Positions 8,444 to 16,665 of a DNA stretch of 64,000 bases are shown here, piece after piece. Position numbers and translations under genes: made by a program. A model generated the notes under the pieces. That model did no database searches. It was not told where the DNA came from and worked only from the letters and a program-made list of their open reading frames with translations. The stretch is from an archaeon (lineage in GTDB: Archaea; Iainarchaeota; Iainarchaeia; Iainarchaeales; DTGL01). Each line of letters begins with the position of its first letter. The stretch's first letter is position 1. The stretch is taken from NCBI GenBank assembly GCA_029258755.1, contig JAPDKC010000009.1, positions 46,967 through 110,966 of the forward strand. Direction: 5' to 3'.

Positions 8444-9646
8444 CTATTTCCTTATTTGCAAGGGTTTTCCGTTTGAGGTGAGAACAGCGGTTGCAAGTAC
8501 ATAATCGTTCTCTGAAAAGCTGCCGGAATTGAGAGAAAGTGAGAGCTCTGCGGGCTTTGCTTCAATTAAACACTTATTGCTCAGATCGAACTCTTCGAAT
8601 GCGGAATAAAGCTTCATTTTGCAGGCAGGGGCTTTCGCAAAGCCAAGCTTAATGAGCTTTCTTTTTGGGCTGAGATTGGAATTAAGATCTATTAAGCCGC
8701 GCGCTGATTTTCCAAGAGCGCTTTTGCGGACCACGAAAAGAACACCGTAAGGCTTGAGTGTTGAAGCAATGTCGAAGTTTTCTTCGGAAAAGGAAAAGCT
8801 GTTCTTGCCAAAAGAAACTGTGAACTCATTTACCGGCATGGTTGATTCAATCATGTAGCGGGCTTCACTTATGCCATCTTTGAGCTCAACAGCGCTCGCG
8901 AGATTGAAGTCAAAGAAATAAGCCTTTGCTCTGAACTCATCGCTCAGCTTTAAGGAATCTGTTCGCTCTGTTGTTTTGTAGTAGTCGCATGAGGTCCAGC
9001 AGTAGATTGTGCATACCTCATTGCAGAACTGCGCGCAATGCGACTGCTTTCGAAAATGCTTTTCAATGAGCTTTGCTTTTATGAACAGCTCTGCTGAAAA
9101 ATTCAGATCTTTTTCTTTGCCTGCCGAGTAGCTTGAAACTTTTTGCGAGCCTATTTTTGAGCCATTGAGGAAAACGCTAAGATTGTCTGCAAGCACTTTG
9201 TAGGAGCGCTCTGTTTTGCAGTCGTGCTCTGCTGTGTCTTTTGGCAATACAATTTCAAAATTGCCTGCCACTAGCACCCTGCCGCTTGGCTCAGCATACC
9301 ATTGGTTGGAATCGAGATCAAAGAAAGATCTATCAATAGCAATTATCTTCAGCCAAGCGTTTTTTATTATGCCTGAGCTGTGCTGCTGCAAGTTAGCGGG
9401 CGCTTCGCTGAAATTGAGCGAGTTGTTCCAATTCCAAATGAAAGCATAATCCGGCAGTACGCCCTGCTTGCTTAGAAGGTTGAGATACAGATCCTCTTTT
9501 TGCTCAACGCTGAGGGATTCATCTGCAAGGATGTTCTCGCACTCTGACTTTTTCCAGCCGTTGAGATGATCGCAGTTGGCTGGCAGTATTGCTGAGTAAG
9601 CCGAGGTAATCAACAGTATGCAAAACAAAGCAACAAAGCCTTTCAT
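8444..9646 (-). CDS. Secreted cysteine-rich protein (signal peptide), hypothetical
   Basis: N-terminal signal MKGFVALFCILLITSAYSA and multiple Cys clusters (CDHLNGWKKSEC; HCAQFCNEVCTIYCWTSCDYY). No recognised domain. Confidence 0.45.
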   Translation of the reverse strand: MKGFVALFCILLITSAYSAILPANCDHLNGWKKSECENILADESLSVEQKEDLYLNLLSKQGVLPDYAFIWNWNNSLNFSEAPANLQQHSSGIIKNAWLKIIAIDRSFFDLDSNQWYAEPSGRVLVAGNFEIVLPKDTAEHDCKTERSYKVLADNLSVFLNGSKIGSQKVSSYSAGKEKDLNFSAELFIKAKLIEKHFRKQSHCAQFCNEVCTIYCWTSCDYYKTTERTDSLKLSDEFRAKAYFFDFNLASAVELKDGISEARYMIESTMPVNEFTVSFGKNSFSFSEENFDIASTLKPYGVLFVVRKSALGKSARGLIDLNSNLSPKRKLIKLGFAKAPACKMKLYSAFEEFDLSNKCLIEAKPAELSLSLNSGSFSENDYVLATAVLTSNGKPLQIRK

Positions 9647-9655
9647 GGAATCTCC

Positions 9656-9979
9656 TTAAGCTGCTGTTAAGAAGTTAACCAAGTATGGAGCGATCCAGAT
9701 TATGAGCAGGCCCATTACTGCATAAGAAAGCATCTGCTTGGCGCTTTCTCTTGCCTGTATGTTCTCGCCGGAAGCCATGAAGCGGAAGCCTGCAAATGTA
9801 ATAACCAAGACAGCAACAATGGAAATTAGTGTTTGCACAACCGTGTATATGCGCTCCAATGGCTCCTTTATTTTTTGCAGGTTCTCATCGCTGGTATCAG
9901 CTGCGTGCACAAAAGGCGCAGCTGAAAGCATAAAGAAAATCAAAGTCGGGACCAAAAGAGGAATTAAAGCTTCTTTCAT
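9656..9979 (-). CDS. VirB2/TrbC-like (CedA1-like) small 2-TM pilin-like protein
   Basis: 107 aa: a signal-like N-terminus ending AAPFVHA, then two hydrophobic helices separated by a short polar loop. An SD-like GGAGGTG lies 5 nt upstream of the ATG. Confidence 0.4.
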   Translation of the reverse strand: MKEALIPLLVPTLIFFMLSAAPFVHAADTSDENLQKIKEPLERIYTVVQTLISIVAVLVITFAGFRFMASGENIQARESAKQMLSYAVMGLLIIWIAPYLVNFLTAA

Positions 9980-10095
9980 AGCAGCACCTCCAAGGTTAAT
10001 TAAGGTGCTGTGCTGAACCGAAAATATATTAAAAAGAAGGGTGAAAAGAGTCTGTGGAAAAGGGCGACTATAAAATAAAAAGAGTGTAAAAAATA

Positions 10096-10923
10096 TTATT
10101 TTTCTAAATAGGCTATTGTTTTTTCTATTAGCTCAGATACTTCCAAAAATCTGCCTACTATAATCTTTTTTCGGAGAGCTTCTTCTGTTTCCTTAAAATC
10201 GGGATAACGTGCACCAACATATTTAACAAGCACCATTGACAGAACACTAAATATGAGCAAAAGAATATACGTCTTTTTCAGTGTTTTGTATAGAAAGTTA
10301 AAATTAAATCTTTTCTTATTAGCTAACTTAGCTTCTTTCAGCAAGCGACTTGAGGAAAATATGGAAGACTGTATCGCTAAAAGTTGAATAGAGTCTATCT
10401 TGGCCATTTTTTTGATACTTTTAATTAATTTAGGATACTCCTCAATCAAGTTTGCAATAGTTTCATCTTCAGAGCTTTTCAAAGAAATTTTATTAAGATT
10501 TAGGCTTTTAAGGTAATTTTTCACCTTTTTGATAGCACTTTTATCACATCCAGCGATTTTTAACGTGTAGCTTTCCAAAGAACTTAAATTGGAAAGCCAT
10601 TTATCCCTAAATGGTTTGAGCATTTTAATTAATTGATCTACCCAGTCATGGCCAAACTCTTTTAAAGAGTTAACTTTGAATTTTTCTAAACCAAATCTAC
10701 GTAAAAGCTCTTCATTCTCGTTTGAAAACACTTCTTGAGGCCATAAAAGGCCTATGTCTACAATCGCTCCTTTGCTGGCTTTCTCTACAGATTGTTGAAG
10801 AGCAAATAATGCCTGTGGGTAATATCTGTGAGCGTAGGCATACTTGGCCATTTCTAAGTCTCTCTTGGCGTACTCATACCATTTTTTTGAATCCAAACAA
10901 AGACAATGTTTAGAGTTCTTCAT
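10096..10923 (-). CDS. HEPN-domain protein with C-terminal TM segment
   Basis: The N-terminus YEYAKRDLEMAKYAYAHRYYPQALFALQQSVEKASKGAI resembles the HEPN fold. A hydrophobic segment (ILLLIFSVLSMVLV) lies near the C-terminus. Confidence 0.35.
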   Translation of the reverse strand: MKNSKHCLCLDSKKWYEYAKRDLEMAKYAYAHRYYPQALFALQQSVEKASKGAIVDIGLLWPQEVFSNENEELLRRFGLEKFKVNSLKEFGHDWVDQLIKMLKPFRDKWLSNLSSLESYTLKIAGCDKSAIKKVKNYLKSLNLNKISLKSSEDETIANLIEEYPKLIKSIKKMAKIDSIQLLAIQSSIFSSSRLLKEAKLANKKRFNFNFLYKTLKKTYILLLIFSVLSMVLVKYVGARYPDFKETEEALRKKIIVGRFLEVSELIEKTIAYLEK

Positions 10924-11061
10924 AAAATTTATTGTTTAAAGTAAAGCAGAAAAAAGGACCCTTGGCGTTATTTATATTAAGAGGGCAATCAATAGGATTT
11001 TATTTTTTATTAATAATAGATGTATTATGGCTAGAAAAAAACTTAGGGAAATGCCTAGACG

Positions 11062-11451
11062 TTGTCAAAAAAAATACTGGGCAGGGAAGAAGTACTACTT
11101 GTCAAAAGCAACACCAACCGTAAAAGTTTCAGGATATGTAAGAAAAAAGATGAGGCTTATAATACAATCATTCTAGACCGCACAATTAAATTTCTTGAGG
11201 CTCGTTTGATTGAAGCAGGCGTAGCACAAATTAGCCCGCAACTATATGTATGTATTAAGGTTATAGAAAAAATTAATGACCTCAAGGAAATTTTTGATGC
11301 AATTGAAAATGGCGAATCTGATAGGGCCCTTGCTCTGCTCGTGGAACGGGGCATATTTGAGAGTATAGAAAGTGCGAGAAGGAAGGAAGATATGTTTAGA
11401 AAAATAGAAACATATTATTGGGAAGAAATAGGGGGAACTTTAAGTGTATAA
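11062..11451 (+). CDS. Hypothetical protein
   Basis: ORF only. Its end overlaps the next ORF by 8 nt, suggesting an operon. Confidence 0.3.
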   Translation: MSKKILGREEVLLVKSNTNRKSFRICKKKDEAYNTIILDRTIKFLEARLIEAGVAQISPQLYVCIKVIEKINDLKEIFDAIENGESDRALALLVERGIFESIESARRKEDMFRKIETYYWEEIGGTLSV

Positions 11452-11746
11452 AGAACCTTTAGATCGTGATGCTCTAATAAAGGCAGTACTAAAATTTTTG
11501 TGTATAGATGATCTGCTGGCCAGCGAAAAGAAAAAGCTTAAAAAGGGAGAATTAGTTGAGTTTCTTAAAGAAGAACCCCAACTAAGAAATCTGCTCAATG
11601 AAGCATTCGAAAAAGGGTGCAAACCGTATTTAAAAAAGGAAATAATAGATAACAAAGAATTGGAACGAATCTACGGAGAGTGTATCTGGAGGATGCACTC
11701 TTACCTTAAACAGCTAGAAGAAGAAAAAGGAAAGATAAAGAAGTAG
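11444..11746 (+). CDS. Hypothetical protein (GTG start)
   Basis: ORF only; overlaps and is probably co-transcribed with 11062..11451. Confidence 0.3.
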   Translation: MYKEPLDRDALIKAVLKFLCIDDLLASEKKKLKKGELVEFLKEEPQLRNLLNEAFEKGCKPYLKKEIIDNKELERIYGECIWRMHSYLKQLEEEKGKIKK

Positions 11747-11750
11747 AATT

Positions 11751-12266
11751 TTAATAATCCTCCGGCTTCATAAATGTACAGCTGCAACCATCAAGCACAA
11801 CCCATATTCTGCCCTTTTCAATCACTCGTAATCTCATATATTCTGTATCTTCTGGATCCGGCTTCTTAAGAAGCTCAATTCCTTTCTTTACAATTTCCTT
11901 GTAATTGTCCTTTACTTCTTCGAATAGGTTCATTGTGAAAACTATTGGCTTTCCATTAGCAAATTCACCTACCTTTACCAGAACACCATCTTCAATCGCC
12001 TGCTCAAGCGGATAGCTGTCAATCACTTCGCCGAAGAATTCTTCTGGAGAAGGAGCGGCCGTTTTCTGGCCACTCCCGTTGTTTCTTATGCGCTTCACTT
12101 CGAACTCAAGGAACTGATTAAGTCTGTTTGTTAATTCCTGCTTTACCTCGAGCATGTCATCGGTTTCTTCAAGCGCAACAGTAGCACCAATGAGTATGCC
12201 TTTGCTTTCATAGTTGCCAAGGTTGATCTTTCTGGAAACGCTTACTGTGAGCTCTTTAAGCTTCAC
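11751..12266 (-). CDS. Hypothetical protein
   Basis: 171-aa ORF with no recognisable motif. Confidence 0.35.
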   Translation of the reverse strand: MKLKELTVSVSRKINLGNYESKGILIGATVALEETDDMLEVKQELTNRLNQFLEFEVKRIRNNGSGQKTAAPSPEEFFGEVIDSYPLEQAIEDGVLVKVGEFANGKPIVFTMNLFEEVKDNYKEIVKKGIELLKKPDPEDTEYMRLRVIEKGRIWVVLDGCSCTFMKPEDY

Positions 12267-12629
12267 CTGCGATCACCTCCTTTGTATTGGTTTCTGCAGC
12301 GCCAGTCAAGCGCTTCAGCCCAGCGAACAGGCTCAGGAAGCAGGTAGTCATAGCTCTGCTTTTCGCTGAGCTTAACCGAATTGAAAAAACTTTTTTGCAA
12401 GCGAGCCACCTCCTAAAAGTTTTTTCTGGAGGCGGTTTGTGGATTTTGGTGGTATTAAATCCTTTCCGAAAGGCGCGGAGCGTGCTTGCTTGCAAGCAAA
12501 AGGTTTAAACCAGCAAAAGCCAGGCCGGAAAGAAAAAACTGGAGGTGGCGAGCGAAAAAGTTGCAGAGAGGTTAAGCGGAAAGCGGCAGAGTACAGATTT
12601 TTCAATGTGGGCGGCCAAAAATAGTAAAA
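12267..12629 (+). ncRNA. Candidate structured ncRNA (possibly SRP/7S RNA); strand tentative
   Basis: This 360-nt intergenic block has much higher GC than its surroundings and only short overlapping ORFs of odd composition. There is long-range complementarity: GCCACCTCC (12405-12413) with GGAGGTGGC (12540-12548), and AGTTTTTT with AAAAAACT. The motif CCAGGCCGGAAAG resembles the SRP RNA helix-8 apex. Confidence 0.35.
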
Positions 12630-13316
12630 TTAACGTCTAGACGGCCATTTTTTCCTGTTTTCGTTAATAAATCTCGCGGGAGAAACTGCAATAATGGGTG
12701 GTTTAATATCCCCAGTACTTTTGCCAAATTTTTCTAATAATTCAGAATCATTAGTGATAAAATACTTACAACCTTGGTAAACTGCTTGGGCAAGCAGATG
12801 AGCATCATTGCATAATAAACCGTGTTCTGAAATAAAAACCCCTGCTATTCCAAATAATTCTTTACTTTCTCTTGCTATTTTTGCATGTTTTTTAAGTTTA
12901 TTAAAGTATTCTTTGTTTTTAAGATAAATATCAAGATAAGTTCCTTTGGGAAATTTTTCTTTTCTTAATCTATAAAACTCTTCAATGGGAATAAAATTTC
13001 TATCCATATATCTTAAAATGTATTTTTCAAAAAGGACACTTAGAACTTCGGTCATGACCAGAGGCGAATAATAAAATTCGAAACCTTTGTTTTCACGGCA
13101 GACAAAGTGTTCAACGAATTCATACGACTGATAAAAAGTTTTTATGTATTTGTTACTATTAGTCCTTTGTTGTTCAATAAAGTCATTCTTTTCTTTTGTT
13201 GTTTGTTTTTGTGCAAGCAACGAATGAAAAATCAGCCAGTTAGCAATTACATTTGAATCAATTAAAGATTTTATCACAATTCTTGCATTTCCTCCAACCT
13301 TTTTTACTGGAGGCAA
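12630..13316 (-). CDS. PIN-domain protein
   Basis: Acidic residues at PIN positions: LIDSNVI ... VMTEV ... ITNDSELL. Confidence 0.4.
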   Translation of the reverse strand: MPPVKKVGGNARIVIKSLIDSNVIANWLIFHSLLAQKQTTKEKNDFIEQQRTNSNKYIKTFYQSYEFVEHFVCRENKGFEFYYSPLVMTEVLSVLFEKYILRYMDRNFIPIEEFYRLRKEKFPKGTYLDIYLKNKEYFNKLKKHAKIARESKELFGIAGVFISEHGLLCNDAHLLAQAVYQGCKYFITNDSELLEKFGKSTGDIKPPIIAVSPARFINENRKKWPSRR

Positions 13317-13962
13317 ATTATTTCCTCCTCCTAATATAGAAAGACACTCTTTTGCCGTCCCTTGTTTTAAAACTAACTTTAATTCTCCTTTTCAGTTTTT
13401 TACTCTTCCTGGTTTTTCTTTTTGTTTTCCCCATTTTACTCTATTTTATAACGACTTTATCTTTATTAATTCTTTTTGTTCCTCGTTGCTGTTAACTTAT
13501 TTGGGATCTCATATCTGTTTGGCTTTTTAATTTAAGAATATGGATGTTTGGTACATGCAAAAGTTCCACATCCCTACTTAGTTAACATTACCTTGTTCCT
13601 CCAAGGCTTAAACGAAATAGAAGTATTTTAAAAGAGAGCTAACAAGAAAATAAGGGGCAAATATGTCCAATTCATCTTTCTTTATTATTTACCGAAATAG
13701 AAGTCTGCAAAATAAACATTAATTTTTCCAACATTGTATTATAAAGCGGGCAAAATTAAAAATAGAATTTTTTAAGGCGAAAAATTCGAAAAAACCCCTA
13801 CTTTAGCTTTAAAGCGAAAAACAAGCTGTTTAGGCGCTTCTTTTACTAGCCATAAAATTTATAAACACTACAAAGCGTATAATTATTATAGTGGGTAAGT
13901 CCAAGCCAGCTCGTGTACCGGATGGTGCACTTTGCCAATAGGCTGGCTTGGGTCCACAATTT

Positions 13963-14589
13963 CTATTTCCATAATATCATGTTTTCTTTGTTCTCAATTT
14001 TCTCTTCAATTATTCTGAAGTAGTGATCATCGCCGGCGTTGAATTTTCTGTTTATGCTCCATGCAACAAAATCCACCACCTGCAGCTCGTTGCTGGCAAA
14101 AGATGGCTTGTGGAATATCTCTATATCCAACTCCTTGCACTTTCTTTTCAGCTTCCTCTTAATATAGCCATTGAAGTCCTCTCTCACAAGAGTGTTTGTA
14201 TGTTTTTTATCTATTGTGATTATCACTTTTCCTTTGTCCAAATTGAGCTCGTTTAGCAGTATGCCACACAGGTAATTGTAAAGCTTGTTCTTCACATCGA
14301 AAAGATAATCTTTAATCTTGTTTTTCTCAACAACTATGGCAAAAATGCGGCAGTCTGTTCTCTTAATTCTTTCTAGCACATATTCTCTTATCCGTTGGTT
14401 AGACTTGTTCGCTTTGATTTCAGGCATTTGCTTTATGGTTTTCTTCAGCTTTATCTGTCTCAGCCTTTTGATTATTCTTGCTAATTTCTTCGGCTCATCA
14501 ACCAAAACAGCAGCAACTGTGAAATACTTTGAGCCGAACTTTCCCAGATCACCGCTCTCATCTATGCAAACATAGTTAAGCCAGCCCAT
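13963..14589 (-). CDS. DUF3800-family protein
   Basis: N-terminal YVCIDESGD motif characteristic of DUF3800. Confidence 0.5.
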   Translation of the reverse strand: MGWLNYVCIDESGDLGKFGSKYFTVAAVLVDEPKKLARIIKRLRQIKLKKTIKQMPEIKANKSNQRIREYVLERIKRTDCRIFAIVVEKNKIKDYLFDVKNKLYNYLCGILLNELNLDKGKVIITIDKKHTNTLVREDFNGYIKRKLKRKCKELDIEIFHKPSFASNELQVVDFVAWSINRKFNAGDDHYFRIIEEKIENKENMILWK

Positions 14590-14720
14590 GGGAAAACCTC
14601 TGGATACGCTTAGCCGTTAAAGAATTCCTGGTACTCTAACTTATTTAAAAGCAATGGTAGAGAATTTCCGCTGACTTTTTTCACCACACGTTTAAATAGC
14701 TGAAAAAGAGGGATTAATTT

Positions 14721-15138
14721 ATGGGGGCTGGTTGTATGCATGCAAAAGAGGACTCTCTATCGGATTCTGAAATAACAGCAAAGCTTCTGGAGTTCATGTT
14801 GAGGAACAGAAAGGAGCTGAAGTTTGTTTTTGAGGAGCTTGAAAAGTACAGAATGTTAAAAGCACGGGGTGGTGGTGTTGGAGTACAAGGATCTGAAGCA
14901 CTTCGAACAGGTGCACGGAAAGCTGTTTGTGTATCTCCTTGAAGAGCTGGATAAATTCATGAGGGGATCTGATGAGGGATCTGAGCCGGAGGAGATTCAA
15001 CTCAAATAATCCGCAGGCAAACTACATAAAAATTCAGGAGAGGATTGACTCTTTGGAGCACAGGTTGAGGGAATTGGACCAGCTTATAATTGAAGGGATG
15101 AGCAGAATAAGCGAGCTGGAGAATAAGTCGAATACGTG
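14721..15138 (+). pseudogene. Coiled-coil hypothetical gene broken into three successive reading frames
   Basis: Frame 1 covers 14721-14942, frame 3 from about 14868 to 15008, and frame 2 from about 14973 to 15138. Each picks up where the previous one stops. The first junction sits at an A4 run. Confidence 0.35.
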
Positions 15139-15193
15139 AAAAAGGTTCGGGTAAACGCCTGTTTTAAATTGCATTGGCACAGTTGGTAATCTT

Positions 15194-16600
15194 TTAAAAC
15201 CCCGGGGGTCTACGATGCTCATAACGTCCTTTGAATAATGTGCTTTTTTGTTTAGTAGATTTCCTTTGCCTCTTGCCTTGAACTTTTTGATAACCTCTCA
15301 CTCTCACGGGTTTTTTAGTCAGATTATTTTCCATTTGATAAAGCTGTTGCCTTGTTTTTATCTTTTTCTTGTATAAGCTTACAAATCTTGGAAGATCTGT
15401 TGCGAGGACAGCGACGGTTTCTTTTATTAAGTTCAAACCTAACATGGAAAAAATTGCAGGGGCTACCCTGTCATCACTGACCTCAGTGCATATTTCACTG
15501 CCGATATCTGGCCGAATTATTTTTAAATTATCTTTAATAATGTCCTCGATAGATTTTATCCAAAACTGCGAAATCCAATCCCCTAACAGGATTTTAAGCA
15601 ACCTAAAAATAAAAATTTTTAAAATTTCTTCATCAATTTTTTCAAGTGTCTCCCTCTTTTCTTCTAAAGACTTCATAAACTTACGTAGTCTATCGTCATG
15701 AATGTTCTCGATTGTTTCCTCCTCAGTTATTCTTCCAGAGAAAGAAAGGGAAGTAGTAATAAGTTGGCTTAAAATTTCAATGTCACTCTTGCTAGGTTCT
15801 TTACCCTCCCTCTCTTTCTGCAAGATACTTGCTGCCTTAAGACCTGCGTAGTAAAAAGCTTTTTTTGAAAGATAGGGGGTAGAATTTGCGCGTAGCTTTT
15901 CAAGCAGGTCTGCTTTAAATTCTTTAGTTGCATAGTTGGGAGCAAGGATTTTTTCAATGAACTTTTTATCCTCAAAGGGCAAGCTTGGGGATACCACGAA
16001 ATCGCCGTTGTTTATATCTTTTGAAAAAACATATACGGCAGATATCTCCGCAAATTTGCCATCTCTGCGCGACAACGTTTTATAGGTCTTGATCCATTTA
16101 GGCTGTAAACTCTCGTCACCGCCATCTTTTACAAAGAAAAATTTTGCCGAATCTCGCCCTTCTTCAAAATACCTCAAACTGAGTGTTATTTTTTCACTTA
16201 CATTTATCTCTAAAAAGACGATATATGGCCCAACTATTCCTTTTTTTGCCCTCCTTAAAGCATCGTACAGGGCATTCCAATCATGTTTCCCAAATTCCCA
16301 ACATAAGGTCTTCAAACCAGACGGTTTCTTATCTATCTTTAGTTCTTCGAGGGAAACGGTTTTAACTTCAACAAAAAATTCAGTGCCATCTAAAATTATC
16401 CTGTAGTCAGGAGTCTTGCTCGTGTGCTCTAAAGAAGGTTCGTATTCAATCTCATCCGCACCTTTATCTATGAAAAAGAACCCAACCTTAACTTCGGGAA
16501 GTGTTTGTCTAGGTCGCCTCTTTAAATTTTCAATCAATTTTTTATTATTTTTTATTGCATAAAGTCGCTCATCATTTAAAAGACTCTCAGTTTCGCTCAT
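15194..16600 (-). CDS. PD-(D/E)xK nuclease-fold protein, 468 aa (hypothetical)
   Basis: Textbook motif PDYRIILDGTEFFVEVKT (PD-x12-E-x-K) in the N-terminal third. A basic tail (KKPVRVRGYQKVQGKRQRK...) follows. Confidence 0.45.
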   Translation of the reverse strand: MSETESLLNDERLYAIKNNKKLIENLKRRPRQTLPEVKVGFFFIDKGADEIEYEPSLEHTSKTPDYRIILDGTEFFVEVKTVSLEELKIDKKPSGLKTLCWEFGKHDWNALYDALRRAKKGIVGPYIVFLEINVSEKITLSLRYFEEGRDSAKFFFVKDGGDESLQPKWIKTYKTLSRRDGKFAEISAVYVFSKDINNGDFVVSPSLPFEDKKFIEKILAPNYATKEFKADLLEKLRANSTPYLSKKAFYYAGLKAASILQKEREGKEPSKSDIEILSQLITTSLSFSGRITEEETIENIHDDRLRKFMKSLEEKRETLEKIDEEILKIFIFRLLKILLGDWISQFWIKSIEDIIKDNLKIIRPDIGSEICTEVSDDRVAPAIFSMLGLNLIKETVAVLATDLPRFVSLYKKKIKTRQQLYQMENNLTKKPVRVRGYQKVQGKRQRKSTKQKSTLFKGRYEHRRPPGF

Positions 16601-16665
16601 AACAATAACGGGCTACCAAAACATTTAATATTTAATTATCTCACACAGAATCCTGCAACAAATCC

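Noticed and set aside
12256-12624. Four overlapping 61-79-aa ORFs on both strands
   Set aside because: They are mutually overlapping and Gly/Arg/Lys-rich, inside a GC-rich block far better explained as structured RNA.
12267-12629. RNase P RNA as the identity of the GC-rich ncRNA candidate
   Set aside because: Neither strand contains the P4 elements (GGAAAGUCCGG / ACAGAANCCGGCUUA-type motifs).
13611-13704. CRISPR-like repeat (CGAAATAGAAGT twice, about 80 nt apart)
   Set aside because: Only two short copies with no regular array and no cas genes. Treated as an incidental direct repeat, possibly relevant to the element boundary.
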